Of a DNA stretch of 64,000 nucleotides, positions 10,525-20,744 are shown piece by piece. The stretch lies in IMG/VR virus record IMGVR_UViG_3300025853_000058, positions 1 to 64,000 of that record. One strand, given 5' to 3'. Made by a program: the position numbers and the translations under genes. The notes under the pieces are model-generated. The model was not told the DNA's origin and searched no databases. It saw nothing but the letters and a program-made list of their open reading frames with translations. This DNA is from a virus. Within the stretch, counting starts at the first letter, position 1; every line of letters starts with the position of its first letter.

Positions 10525-12195
10525 ATGGTAGAAAATAACCCGCATAAGATTTCAACAATGGGAAGAGGAACTTTAGCAGCAATTACAGACGCTTCAGATT
10601 TTCCCCATACTGGTTTAATTAAAGGTCTTTCCCAAATGGCAAGACAAAATATAGTAGTAAAGGGGTCAAATGATTCGGCTTCACACGATTTCAATATAAC
10701 ACAGGCTACTAGCGGGAATGTTATTCAAGTTGCTCAAGGAAGTTATTTGAGAGATGGTAAATTATACACTGCAAGTGCGGCTAATTTTACTATTGGTACA
10801 ACAAGTAATGATACTAGTTTATTAGCCCATACAGAATTTGATAAGGGCTATCACTTATTGGTGATAAATTCTTCAAATGCTATAAAAATAAGACAACCAA
10901 CTGTGGCAGATAAAGTTCCCGATTATACCTCCGGCGACACAATTATTGCTATAATTGAAGTTTCTTCCACCACAGGTGATGGAACGAGAAATATTCAATT
11001 CTTAACAAGTGATAAAACAGATAACAGTGTAAGTATTGCCTATACTGCATCAAATACATATACAGAAACAATGTCTATTGTTGGAACTAATGATAGAACA
11101 GTATTTAGAAATACAATTGCTAATGCTGACATTAGATTCATATTGGCTGATAATACTGCCGATGAAAAGTTTGAGGTTGTGACTGATGATGATTCGGACG
11201 GAGATGGAGATACTACCGTCTTTTCAATTGACGGTCAAGGTTTAGTGAGTATTACAGGAGTTGATAAAAATGATGCTGACTTAGTTATTTCAAAAGATGT
11301 TGCTGGAAGTATTGGTAGGGCGGGTATTTCTTTAATTTCAGATAACTCAACAAATGGTCAATCTGGAAGATTAACTCTCGAAAGAACTGCCGGTTCCAGT
11401 TTTATTGGAATGGATATTGCTACTGATTCAAGAGATGGAATTAGAATTTTAACAGGAGATGGTTCGGAAACCGAAAGAATGAGAATAAACGATGATGGAA
11501 AAGTAGCGATAGGTACGGCTACCGTTGATACTAATTCTTTATTGGCAGTTGAAGGAGCCATTTCTCTTGATGAAATTAGCGCACCTACAAATACAGCAGA
11601 TAGAGGACAACTCTACACTAATGCAGATAATGAACTACACATGATTGACGGTGCGGGAACTGATACTGTTTTCTTAAAGAGTGGAAAGCATTCTATTTGG
11701 GTTCCTTCATCAGCCATGACCCCATTAACAACAAATGGTTGTTCTGTATTGACACAAGTTGAAATGACAGCAGGTAGGCCGGAACTACAAGTATTGGATT
11801 TTGCCGCAGATGCAGATGATTTTTGTCAATTTACGGTTGCATTCCCTAAATCTTGGAACGAAGGAACAGTGACATTTCAACCATTTTGGACTGTCACAGG
11901 AACAAATACAGGAACAGCCGTTTGGAATTTGACGGGTATAAGTGTTGATGATAACTATGCAATTAATAGCGGTTATCCTTCAATAGCCGCTACCGGAGCA
12001 AAAGCACATAGCGGTACTTCTAATGACCTCAATACTAGTCCAGAAAGCGGAGCATTAACAATAACAAATGCTTCTGTTGATAGTGTGACCTACTTTAGAT
12101 TAAGTTTAGATACGAGTTCTAGTTCACAAACAGGAACAGTTCGTCTTATTGGCCTTAAATTATTCTATGATATTAATGCGGGGAATGACGAGTGA
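10525..12195 (+). CDS. Tail fibre protein
   Basis: ERMRINDDGKVAIGT fibre repeat motif; T/S/G/D-rich. Confidence 0.65.
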   Translation: MVENNPHKISTMGRGTLAAITDASDFPHTGLIKGLSQMARQNIVVKGSNDSASHDFNITQATSGNVIQVAQGSYLRDGKLYTASAANFTIGTTSNDTSLLAHTEFDKGYHLLVINSSNAIKIRQPTVADKVPDYTSGDTIIAIIEVSSTTGDGTRNIQFLTSDKTDNSVSIAYTASNTYTETMSIVGTNDRTVFRNTIANADIRFILADNTADEKFEVVTDDDSDGDGDTTVFSIDGQGLVSITGVDKNDADLVISKDVAGSIGRAGISLISDNSTNGQSGRLTLERTAGSSFIGMDIATDSRDGIRILTGDGSETERMRINDDGKVAIGTATVDTNSLLAVEGAISLDEISAPTNTADRGQLYTNADNELHMIDGAGTDTVFLKSGKHSIWVPSSAMTPLTTNGCSVLTQVEMTAGRPELQVLDFAADADDFCQFTVAFPKSWNEGTVTFQPFWTVTGTNTGTAVWNLTGISVDDNYAINSGYPSIAATGAKAHSGTSNDLNTSPESGALTITNASVDSVTYFRLSLDTSSSSQTGTVRLIGLKLFYDINAGNDE

Positions 12196-12662
12196 GTTTT
12201 GGTTATGTTGTTCTTGGTTTCAATTCTTATCCTAAAAGGGGAGAAGCCGCACCTTCTTCTCTTTTAATACAAGATGCCGCAGGTAATGATAATAGATTTA
12301 CTACTACTATCGGAGCATCTGTCGCACATGATAATGATTTTTCAAATCCCTATATTGTAGCGGGATTAGCAGGTTCTACTATTACTTTTGGATTTTATTC
12401 ACAAGTTGTAGGAAATGTAAATACTTTTCAATGGTCTGTTTTGAATATTAACGACCCGCAAGGAGTTATTGCTTCATATAGTTCAACTCCAAGTAGCGGG
12501 AGTATTACAGGCCCAACAACTGTTAATTGGACAAATTTAGCAATTACCTTAGCCGGTTCTATAAGTGGTGGTTCTATGGCAGAATTTGAAGTTAGAGTCG
12601 TTGCTACCAATGATGGCGGCTCAGATACATCGAACTATACATTAACTTTCTTAAGTCCATGA
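12192..12662 (+). CDS. Virion/fibre-associated protein with an Ig-like beta domain
   Basis: MSFGYVVLGF start, beta-rich, last gene of the tail operon. Confidence 0.45.
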   Translation: MSFGYVVLGFNSYPKRGEAAPSSLLIQDAAGNDNRFTTTIGASVAHDNDFSNPYIVAGLAGSTITFGFYSQVVGNVNTFQWSVLNINDPQGVIASYSSTPSSGSITGPTTVNWTNLAITLAGSISGGSMAEFEVRVVATNDGGSDTSNYTLTFLSP

Positions 12663-12795
12663 TAAAAAAAGAATTAATCATAAAGATGTTGCTATTTATA
12701 ATTGCAATATCTTACTTCATTTTTCTTTGGATAGGCCCTACCTTAGTGGGCAATCGTTATGGTTAGTAAAGTAAGAAGTTCAAAAATTTTTGCAT

Positions 12796-12831
12796 AAAAA
12801 AAGGCGAGCCGACCCGTTAGGGCCGACCCGC
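12796..12831 (-). terminator. Hairpin plus U-tract terminator closing the minus-strand block
   Basis: Minus strand gcgggtcggccc-TAAC-gggtcggctcgcc followed by T7, at the convergence of two gene blocks. Confidence 0.7.
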
Positions 12832-12975
12832 TATTTCTGTTTTTACACTCCAAATACTCCTACACTCTCTACATTCCCACAATTTTACTTGGTCACTTGA
12901 ACCAACATAAAACCCTAAGATACGCTTCGCAAGCGTATTCTTTCCGCAATACTTACAAGTTTGTTTTAAACTCAT
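12817..12975 (-). CDS. Small zinc-ribbon protein (52 aa, not in ORF track)
   Basis: MSLKQTCKYCGKNTLAKRILGFYVGSSDQVKLWECRECRSIWSVKTEIAGRP; two CxxC pairs; ATGA-coupled to the upstream gene. Confidence 0.65.
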   Translation of the reverse strand: MSLKQTCKYCGKNTLAKRILGFYVGSSDQVKLWECRECRSIWSVKTEIAGRP

Positions 12976-13127
12976 TTATTCTCGCCTTGTTTATCTTCAC
13001 CAAGTAGTCTGCTAATGTACTCTTCCACGCTTTTTTCAGTGATATTAGAACCACCAAATGCTGCGAAGAATAGTAACGAAACTACTATCAAGAAGATAAA
13101 CAAGCCAAACCATTCTGCTGTGGACAT
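12972..13127 (-). CDS. Small single-pass membrane protein (51 aa, not in ORF track)
   Basis: MSTAEWFGLFIFLIVVSLLFFAAFGG...; start and stop overlap neighbouring genes. Confidence 0.6.
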   Translation of the reverse strand: MSTAEWFGLFIFLIVVSLLFFAAFGGSNITEKSVEEYISRLLGEDKQGENK

Positions 13128-13729
13128 TACCAATCAACTCCTAAATCTATAAACTCTTCTTTTTCAATAGAGAATGCTTTTACTATGCCGTTTTCTTTAC
13201 CATAACTCCAAAGGTCATAAACTAATTGAGTATCTTTCATACAATACTCAACCACTTCATCGTATTTACCCATTTTCCATAACTTAGGAGCATCTGCACT
13301 ATCCATCAGTTTGAAATCATCCATAGTACATTTGACTAAGTTCTTCAGTTGAAACCTTTCGCCATGACCCTTGAGTAAATCTTTGCTTGTGTCTATGTAT
13401 TTATTTTCCTTTAAATATTTATGAATACAGTATATATCCATAGAATCCCTAAGTATAGGCAAATCAAATGCCGCTAAATTATGACCTAATAATTTACCAC
13501 CCTTTTGAAGATGTTCGTCTAAGTCATACTTTAACTGTTGTAAAGACTTTACAATGTGACCGCTTTTGGCGAAAGAATCAACAGGTTCATCAACATAAAC
13601 AGTTCCTGTATTTCCATCCCAAGTGGCAACTGTTGAAACTTGAAACATATGAGTATTAGCAAATCCGCCAATCTCATGTGACATATTCTTTGTTTCAATA
13701 TCTAATGCTAAAACGGACATTGAAATCAC
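13127..13729 (-). CDS. DEDD-family 3'-5' exonuclease (RNase H-like fold)
   Basis: LDIET, GHN..FDLP and YCMKD Exo I/II/III motifs. Confidence 0.8.
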   Translation of the reverse strand: MISMSVLALDIETKNMSHEIGGFANTHMFQVSTVATWDGNTGTVYVDEPVDSFAKSGHIVKSLQQLKYDLDEHLQKGGKLLGHNLAAFDLPILRDSMDIYCIHKYLKENKYIDTSKDLLKGHGERFQLKNLVKCTMDDFKLMDSADAPKLWKMGKYDEVVEYCMKDTQLVYDLWSYGKENGIVKAFSIEKEEFIDLGVDW

Positions 13730-13947
13730 GAACCGTTAGTCCATAGTTTAGAAATCTTTGCGCTTTCTTCATCAACGGGTTCTTCTACGCCAATTCTGCG
13801 TTTAAGGAATGCCACAATGTTTGTGTTTGCTACTGATAGCATACTGCAACATTCCCAACCCTCATCACCGTAAGTATCTAATGTTTCTATAATAACTTTC
13901 GGTCCCTTCGTAATGTCAAAAACGACATATGTATTTTCGTATTTCAT
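13726..13947 (-). CDS. DUF4177-like small protein
   Basis: KYE...LDTYGDEGWE...AFLKR pattern. Confidence 0.5.
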   Translation of the reverse strand: MKYENTYVVFDITKGPKVIIETLDTYGDEGWECCSMLSVANTNIVAFLKRRIGVEEPVDEESAKISKLWTNGS

Positions 13948-15455
13948 CTGCTTTCCTCCTTTAGTTTCAAATATGGTGAACGACCTATCTTTTTCATATC
14001 AAAGAACCTTTCATATTCATTCCATATCCTGTATATTTGAGCCTGTGATTTACCTATTGCAGTTTGAAGTTCCTGTAAGAATAAAGTCTTGTTGATGTAT
14101 GGTTCCTTTACTGTTGCCATTTTGTCATAAACATTGATAAACTCTTCTTTATGGGAGATTACAGAAGACTTCGGCCCTTGCTGTCGTAGGCTTCGCTCAA
14201 GCCATTCAACCAATGTCTTATAACATTGTCGGGTAATGGCCCCTGCTTGCCTAACATTTTGACCTGTCACACGGTATCTTAGGTCTTTATTTTTAATAGC
14301 CGGTGCTTGAGCAATACTACATAGCACTGACATTTTAATTAAAATTTTAAGTAGCCGAGTAATAAAATTGCTAGCGACTTCTCTTACGAACAAACCGCTA
14401 GAATTAATAAAGTTCATCATGCTTTCATATTCTAACATTAGAACTTCTCTAAAATCATCTGTATAAACCATTGTGTCCATAGCAGTTCCTCCATCTTCAA
14501 GAACTTCCTTATAGTGCGCTTGTAGCGTATTATAAATGTTCATAATTGCCTTTGTAAAGTCTTCGATTGGCCCTTCAACATCTTCATAAATACCGGCTTT
14601 GAGTATCTGTTGCTTTCTCATTTTATCTAAAACGGCTTCGGGAACTTCCCAAATAAAGCATAGCATTCTTTGAAGGAGTCCCTTTTCAGTCATAATAGAA
14701 TTTAGTTCCTTTGGTGGATAAGTCATAGCAAGAACACTTCTTTCAGAAAAGCACTCGATTAAGTTTCCATCCACTAAAATTTTACGCATAACCCAACTCT
14801 CACCGTGTAAAGTATTCATCATAGTATTCAATAAAACCACAGTATCTTGCTGGTGTTGGCTAGGGCTAAATACGCCGGAATATTCAAACTCATCGTAATG
14901 GACAAAACCATGCCCTTGTAAGGCTCCCGAAAAGAATTTCTCCACCCATCTTCCGGTAGGTCTTTCATTCCCTTCATCGTCTTCGTCCATTACTTGTATG
15001 TTTTTCCATGTTCCTATTAAAGCCGCACTTGTAGCGACTTGAACGGAAAAGGTATCAAATTGCTTTGCTTTAGAATTACCGTCTTCGTCAATAACATTTC
15101 TATCTATTGGATGAGTCCCTTGTTTATTTATTCTGGCAAATACATTTTTTGCAATAGGCCCAGTAAAATTATACAATGTTGACTTACCTGAACCGGAAGT
15201 TTGTATTTGACACGAATGTATTCGTGTATCTTCAATATTTCTACCATTTGGTATCTTCACAAAGTCTTTACATATTTGTCCAAGCAAAGCAAAGAAATTA
15301 ATCACTGCTGGTACTTCATTAAAGTGAGCAACCTTTACTGCTGACTCTTGATAAAGTCTAACAATTTCAGGTAGTTTCTCACTAAAAGATGCTGTATTTT
15401 CTTCGTGGTTTTTTAGGAAAGTTTCTTCCCATTCTTCATCATAATCTTCATTCAT
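13944..15455 (-). CDS. MCM-like AAA+ helicase (divergent)
   Basis: Walker A SGSGKST, Walker B HYDEFE, LLQR arginine finger, probable C-terminal wHTH; near primase. Confidence 0.6.
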   Translation of the reverse strand: MNEDYDEEWEETFLKNHEENTASFSEKLPEIVRLYQESAVKVAHFNEVPAVINFFALLGQICKDFVKIPNGRNIEDTRIHSCQIQTSGSGKSTLYNFTGPIAKNVFARINKQGTHPIDRNVIDEDGNSKAKQFDTFSVQVATSAALIGTWKNIQVMDEDDEGNERPTGRWVEKFFSGALQGHGFVHYDEFEYSGVFSPSQHQQDTVVLLNTMMNTLHGESWVMRKILVDGNLIECFSERSVLAMTYPPKELNSIMTEKGLLQRMLCFIWEVPEAVLDKMRKQQILKAGIYEDVEGPIEDFTKAIMNIYNTLQAHYKEVLEDGGTAMDTMVYTDDFREVLMLEYESMMNFINSSGLFVREVASNFITRLLKILIKMSVLCSIAQAPAIKNKDLRYRVTGQNVRQAGAITRQCYKTLVEWLERSLRQQGPKSSVISHKEEFINVYDKMATVKEPYINKTLFLQELQTAIGKSQAQIYRIWNEYERFFDMKKIGRSPYLKLKEESR

Positions 15456-16147
15456 ATTTTCACCTTCTTTTCGGAATTTAGAGTGTTTAAAATTCGTGAA
15501 GCCAATACTTGACCCACTCCATCGAGGTACTGCAATTCCTCTTCTGTTTGTTCTCCTATCTCCATGATAGAACCATATTCTTTAATTAAGATTTTGGCTT
15601 TTTTAATTGATACTCCTTTAATACTTGTGAGAACATCAAGTCTTAAGTCGTCTGTGCTGACCCGTTTGAATACTTCGGGTCGTATAACATCTCGCTGTAT
15701 AGGTTTCATTTTACAAATTGCTGTAATAATCAAAGATGCTTCTTCTTCGGTTGGAACCCAAAACGCCTTTACATCAGTATCTAATGTTATTCTGCCTATT
15801 GCTCCTAGAAATTTATTATTTAACATAATACTTCTAGCAGGTTCCTGTATCTTAGCCTTGCTATATTTTTTAACATTAAATATTGCTTCGGCAATATCAC
15901 CATATATAATAACAATATTAGTTTTGTAATGTCTATCCATGTTATCTATTTGTGTCCACAATCTTTTACTTATTACGGAACCCAAAAAATCAGTTGTTGA
16001 TTTTGCTTCAAAACAAACATCGTCAAAAACATAATCTCCAATTTCTAACCATTTCTTTTCAGTTTGAATATTCAAACCCTTCGCTTTACTCTCAACTAGT
16101 TTTACTAGTTTAGAACCTTCTTTTTCTCTACTGTCTATAATTAACAT
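15452..16147 (-). CDS. ERCC4/XPF (Hef-type) nuclease with HhH motifs
   Basis: IDSRE, GDYV, EAKS..DF motifs; IKGVS and LDGVG helix-hairpin-helix motifs. Confidence 0.85.
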   Translation of the reverse strand: MLIIDSREKEGSKLVKLVESKAKGLNIQTEKKWLEIGDYVFDDVCFEAKSTTDFLGSVISKRLWTQIDNMDRHYKTNIVIIYGDIAEAIFNVKKYSKAKIQEPARSIMLNNKFLGAIGRITLDTDVKAFWVPTEEEASLIITAICKMKPIQRDVIRPEVFKRVSTDDLRLDVLTSIKGVSIKKAKILIKEYGSIMEIGEQTEEELQYLDGVGQVLASRILNTLNSEKKVKI

Positions 16148-17223
16148 ACTTGTTCCTCCTTATCTAAAAAGGTCGGGTATCGCCAACACTTCCCCACGCA
16201 ATACCCATCGGGGATTAGCACTGTTTTACAGAATGGTGTTTTGTAATTACCAAACACTGTAAATCGTGCGTGTTTTCTTGTTTCATATTCATTCCAATCT
16301 AGCCAAATCTCTTCATTCTCTTGTACTAATTCTTTAATTTCTTTTACTATTATGTCTAATACTTTTTGTTTTTCTGCTATTGTTTGTAATGGTCTTCGTT
16401 GTGTTAGTAAATCTCTATACCAAGAAACTAAATATGCTCTCGCCATGTGCGATGGATTCTCAACCATAATAGCACTGTGCAAACAAGGCAGTATTGGCAA
16501 TTTACCAGAATAATTAGGTACTGAAATCTCACCTTCAACCGCTTCGATAGGGGGTGCGATGGGAAACTTGGCCTTGATTTTGCCACCCTTCTTGAAGGGT
16601 ATAAGCCTCATACTTGATGCTAAAGAAAGAATGTGGCTTACATCGTTTGAAAGGTCTTCTTCGACTAGAGGAATACAAAAATAAGGATTGCCTTCATTAT
16701 CAGAAGAAGACATATTAACTGTATTTGGCACACGCCTTAATCGTGTTGTTTGTCCGACCCTATCATCAAGCGTTATGTCCTCACCTACTTTTGAAATCAA
16801 GTATTTTTTAATTTGACGAAAAAAGGTTTGAATACTTCTCATATCTTCTGCGGGTTCTCCAAAAATAAACATATGAAAACCACGACCTGAGAAAAATAAA
16901 GTATATTCAAATTGTTGTTCTAATACTAATTCCATAACAATACACACATCACGGTAGGCTTTCTCAATCTTTTCTCCATGTGCATCAAAGTCTAAGAATA
17001 TTCTATCTAGTATAACTGAGGAATCTATTTTTGCAGTTTCAGAAAAATGCTCAAAATCATAAACAGTAGTATAAACATTCGTCCTATTGTTTTGTGCATT
17101 CACAAAATTGATATACTCATTCTTCGAGAATACTATTTTTCTTTTCATCTGTGGTGCGTTCTTGATGTGGCTCCCCGCCCATACTTCCCTCGGATATTTC
17201 ATTTTCATTACCTCCAAAATCAA
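16141..17223 (-). CDS. Archaeo-eukaryotic primase, PriS-PriL fusion
   Basis: FLDFD and SGRGFH AEP motifs; C-terminal Cys cluster (PC...FC...YCVGKC) like the PriL Fe-S domain. Confidence 0.8.
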   Translation of the reverse strand: MILEVMKMKYPREVWAGSHIKNAPQMKRKIVFSKNEYINFVNAQNNRTNVYTTVYDFEHFSETAKIDSSVILDRIFLDFDAHGEKIEKAYRDVCIVMELVLEQQFEYTLFFSGRGFHMFIFGEPAEDMRSIQTFFRQIKKYLISKVGEDITLDDRVGQTTRLRRVPNTVNMSSSDNEGNPYFCIPLVEEDLSNDVSHILSLASSMRLIPFKKGGKIKAKFPIAPPIEAVEGEISVPNYSGKLPILPCLHSAIMVENPSHMARAYLVSWYRDLLTQRRPLQTIAEKQKVLDIIVKEIKELVQENEEIWLDWNEYETRKHARFTVFGNYKTPFCKTVLIPDGYCVGKCWRYPTFLDKEEQVC

Positions 17224-17506
17224 CTGTTGCTGTGTTCAGCATTATTCTAATTACTCCGGCAATTTCACCGGAGAGTTTTGTTTTTATTGCATTTCGCATA
17301 ACATCTTCAAATGTATGTCCAACGAAACCTTCGTTTATTTTTATTTCTCTGATTAAGTCAAACCTCTCACTAAGTTTCGACTCGCTATAAATTTCATTAG
17401 CGAGCGAGTCGATAGTTTGTTTGAGATTAGATATTTCTGAGAATGTCCAAGACCTTGCCAATACCTTTAATTTGATTATTTCATTGTTCATATTTAATCG
17501 CCTCAA
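17117..17506 (-). CDS. Hypothetical protein
   Basis: ORF co-oriented within the replication block. Confidence 0.45.
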   Translation of the reverse strand: MRRLNMNNEIIKLKVLARSWTFSEISNLKQTIDSLANEIYSESKLSERFDLIREIKINEGFVGHTFEDVMRNAIKTKLSGEIAGVIRIMLNTATVDFGGNENEISEGSMGGEPHQERTTDEKKNSILEE

Positions 17507-17619
17507 ATCTATTTAGAAGTGCCTCAGCATATCCTCTAATATCATCATCGTATCTTCCTAAGTGGGAAAGGATGGTTATTGCGTCTTCTGCTATTTTATA
17601 CATATTATCAGACATAATA

Positions 17620-18549
17620 TCAAACCCATGTGTCTTCTTGTGCCGCTTCACAAATTCCAAAGAAACTACAAAAGGAACAAGTCTTGTAATAGAATTTTGT
17701 AGGAAATTGCTTCATTTCATAGGCTCTTAGTAATTTTGCGATACTATACATAACCGAAGTCATTGACCGTTTCTTAACAGGTTGTGCAAAGACATAGTTT
17801 GATACAGGATAATACCAACCCCAATGAGTCACCGGTATATTCGGGTCAAGTCCATTCTTAATTAAGACTTCGGGTTCTGCATTTTCAATAAGCAATTGAT
17901 AAAATGCCATCTCTTTACGCATCATTCCCGCCTTATAATCTTTCCACGGACCTGTTTTAAATTCAAAAGGAACATAGCCACCGTTTTCTAGGAAGATTCT
18001 ATCAATAATTCCTTGAATATGAATCTTATAATCCCTTTGTAAAGTGAATGGTTCATAACCAAGTGACGCATCTCCCTTATATGGGCCTTGAGGAATGGTT
18101 ATTTCCGCATCGAATTTACCTTCATTACAAACAGGTAAATATTCTTCTGTCTTATTTTCAGTTCTCGATTCCAAGTATCGGCTAGTTTCAAACGATGCTA
18201 TGTTTAGAGAAATATCATAGTATTCATCAATGGGTGTTAATGCTGTAATGTATTCACCTACTTCATCAGCACTCATACCTTCTGCTTTTTTAACATCGAA
18301 CTCATTAAAAAAGTCCTCTCTATGATTATGCAAGACCGTTCCTTTACGCATAGCCTCCGTTTGGTCTTGAGGCAAACGCTGGATATAAGAAAAGTCATAC
18401 TTTTTATTGCACCAATCAAAGGAGCCAAGAGAAGACTTGGTTATTTTTAAGATAGGCTTTGTCGGGTCACTGTAATTTTCAGGTTTCCAATCGTATGTAA
18501 ATTCATCCATTGATTTAATCACTGCTTCATATTTTTCATCATCGTTCAT
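17620..18549 (-). CDS. Cas4-like PD-(D/E)xK nuclease
   Basis: N-terminal Cys, GIIDRI, EFKTG, YQ and C-terminal CSFCSFFGIC Fe-S motif. Confidence 0.8.
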   Translation of the reverse strand: MNDDEKYEAVIKSMDEFTYDWKPENYSDPTKPILKITKSSLGSFDWCNKKYDFSYIQRLPQDQTEAMRKGTVLHNHREDFFNEFDVKKAEGMSADEVGEYITALTPIDEYYDISLNIASFETSRYLESRTENKTEEYLPVCNEGKFDAEITIPQGPYKGDASLGYEPFTLQRDYKIHIQGIIDRIFLENGGYVPFEFKTGPWKDYKAGMMRKEMAFYQLLIENAEPEVLIKNGLDPNIPVTHWGWYYPVSNYVFAQPVKKRSMTSVMYSIAKLLRAYEMKQFPTKFYYKTCSFCSFFGICEAAQEDTWV

Positions 18550-19446
18550 TTAAAACCACTCATCCAATTTTTTTTGTATTTTTCCTGTTCTTATGCTAGA
18601 TAAGTCCCAACCCATCGCTCGATAAATCGGCTCGGCCTTTTTCAAGACCTGTTGTGCATAGTGTTCCCAATCTGGTTCACAAGCACTAAAGTCTTCGTAA
18701 GTTATGCCTGAAATGTATTCAGCATTTCTTTTCTCCTTTGTTAAAGGATGGATGAAGGTGTCCATTGATTTAATTTTTAGATACAAATAAGTATCATCAA
18801 AATCAGTTTGATTTTTCTGCTGAACATATAGAACTCCAGCAATACCCGAACCTATGCTCGGTTTCTTTCCAGAAAAGGTCACAAAGTTTTTCGTGTCTTC
18901 TCCGCATTTTTTACACCACTTTAAATCTAAACATTCATTCAAGTGGTATTTACTACCACATTCATTACATTTAACATTAAAGCGTTCCTTTCTCAATCGG
19001 CTTCTTTTTATAACTGATTCTATTTCTAATTGTCCAGAAATTACTGACGAATAAACTGCATTTAACTTAGCATTAATCTTAGAAAGGGGTTCTTGATTGA
19101 CCCACATTTTAAGAACATCTGTTTGAACTGACTTAGATAATTTTGTTTCGCTCACTCTTTTAGCAGTGAAGCCGGTCATTGTAAATTTAGGCTTTTCTAA
19201 CCATTCTCCATCATCCCAAGCAACCATTCCTGCATTTCTGTTTTTCGTAGTTCCTACACCTAAAGCAGAATAATACTTCTCGAACTCCAATACAACAGGG
19301 TGTTGCTCTAATCCCATTACATTAGGAAAGTGTTCCCTAACAGACGATTCAATTTCTTTGATGGCAACTTTAGCCGACTCAACAGAATCTATTTGAACAT
19401 AGATTGAATCCGTATGTCCATAAACCACTTTCATTTTACTCACCAA
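18550..19446 (-). CDS. polB: Family B DNA polymerase, C-terminal subunit (probable start ATG 19434)
   Basis: Begins with motif C variant YGHTDS; LEFEKYY, KNRNAG; inserted CNEC...CKKC zinc finger. Confidence 0.85.
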   Translation of the reverse strand: MVSKMKVVYGHTDSIYVQIDSVESAKVAIKEIESSVREHFPNVMGLEQHPVVLEFEKYYSALGVGTTKNRNAGMVAWDDGEWLEKPKFTMTGFTAKRVSETKLSKSVQTDVLKMWVNQEPLSKINAKLNAVYSSVISGQLEIESVIKRSRLRKERFNVKCNECGSKYHLNECLDLKWCKKCGEDTKNFVTFSGKKPSIGSGIAGVLYVQQKNQTDFDDTYLYLKIKSMDTFIHPLTKEKRNAEYISGITYEDFSACEPDWEHYAQQVLKKAEPIYRAMGWDLSSIRTGKIQKKLDEWF

Positions 19447-19960
19447 TTAAAGATAACATAGCCCCTATTGGGGCCACTATTGTAATAATAATAATTGCAA
19501 AAATAATTTCAATAAACTTACCTATCATTTAATCACCTCAAGTAATATGCGAACTTAGAAGCAGGAGCCTCATGTTCTTGTTGTAGTTCTTGAATTGCTT
19601 TATACATCTTAACAAGATGTTCGTTCTCTTTATAGAGAACCTCCAATTCTTCTTCAAGCCTCTTAAGTTTCTTTTCTATTTCTTTTATTCCTATTTCTTT
19701 CATATTATCACCGTCATTATGGTTATAATGGTTGCTATATTTACGATATTTACCATCATCAATATCTTATTGCTTTTAGCAATCATTAGAAGAAGTTCTT
19801 CTAGTAATTCGTTGGTTTTATCCATCATCATACATCTTCCTCCTTGAGAATTATAGCGTTCCTCTTTAAGTTGTTCATCATCTTAAGAATGTCACGAATT
19901 TCTTCTTTCGTGATTTCCCAAGTTTCATCAGTATCATACGATACTTTTACTGTAATTAAT

Positions 19961-20185
19961 TTAGTCTTCATCCGTTTTCCTCCAATACCTATTTGCTTTT
20001 CCAATTCTCTTCTTGACACAGATTTGGTTTAGGTAGTAAGCAACAGACCACGGACTAGAAACATAATTCGTATTTTTACGATTATCTAAAATTATTCCAT
20101 GAATTTCTTTTGCTGTAAAAGGCTCAGGTACATCGACAATTGCCTGTTCAATCCAAACTTTCATTCTATTGTTAATCTTTGTCAT
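19961..20185 (-). CDS. Small wHTH-like protein (start re-called at MTKINN)
   Basis: WIEQA..FTAKEI..VAYYL pattern; similar to 20187-20378. Confidence 0.5.
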   Translation of the reverse strand: MTKINNRMKVWIEQAIVDVPEPFTAKEIHGIILDNRKNTNYVSSPWSVAYYLNQICVKKRIGKANRYWRKTDED

Positions 20186-20186
20186 T

Positions 20187-20378
20187 TTACTTCCTCCTAT
20201 AAACTCCATCATCAACTTTTCTTGCGTGTCTTTTACAATAGTGTGCCAACTGTGTTCTATTTCCAATATAGATACTCTTGCCTTTCTTGTTAATAATAGC
20301 ACCCCTAAGTTCATCAAGGGTAAATGAACCACTAAATGTGTCCATCGCTTCTAATATCCATCGTTCTATTAATTTCAT
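20187..20378 (-). CDS. Small wHTH-like protein
   Basis: WILEA..FTLDEL..LAHY pattern. Confidence 0.5.
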   Translation of the reverse strand: MKLIERWILEAMDTFSGSFTLDELRGAIINKKGKSIYIGNRTQLAHYCKRHARKVDDGVYRRK

Positions 20379-20744
20379 TCTTCTTCACCCGTTATTTCTT
20401 TTATTATTCTTTCGGCTTCACATAATTTACAGTGAATCCTTGCCTCGAATTGAGGATTGTGTTTTAATGGTTTTTTACATTTCATACTTTCATCTCCTTT
20501 ATGTTCTCTATTGTTTTATAGAAAGGGGCTAACAATTTATCATCTGCAAAATGAATAGTTGCTAATGTCGTAAAAATAAAATCCCAATGAGGATTTAACT
20601 CCCATTTACTCTCAACTGTTTTGTATTCTGTCCACTTAGGTTCTAGTAGTTTATGAACTTCTTCTCCTAAAAGATTCTTCCAATCAGTTTCGGGAGAGTG
20701 TGTTAATTCACACATAGTTGCTAAAAAACTGTAAATGTCACTTC

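Noticed and set aside
426-12610. Numerous short minus-strand ORFs in the tail module
   Set aside because: Antisense shadows of long plus-strand genes with no recognisable motifs.
17620-18549. CRISPR-Cas system suggested by the Cas4-like gene
   Set aside because: No cas1, cas2 or array; solo Cas4-like nucleases are common in viral replication modules.
19447-20744. Intron or split intein in polB
   Set aside because: The gap is packed with coupled small ORFs, and neither half has Cys/Ser-start or His-Asn intein termini.
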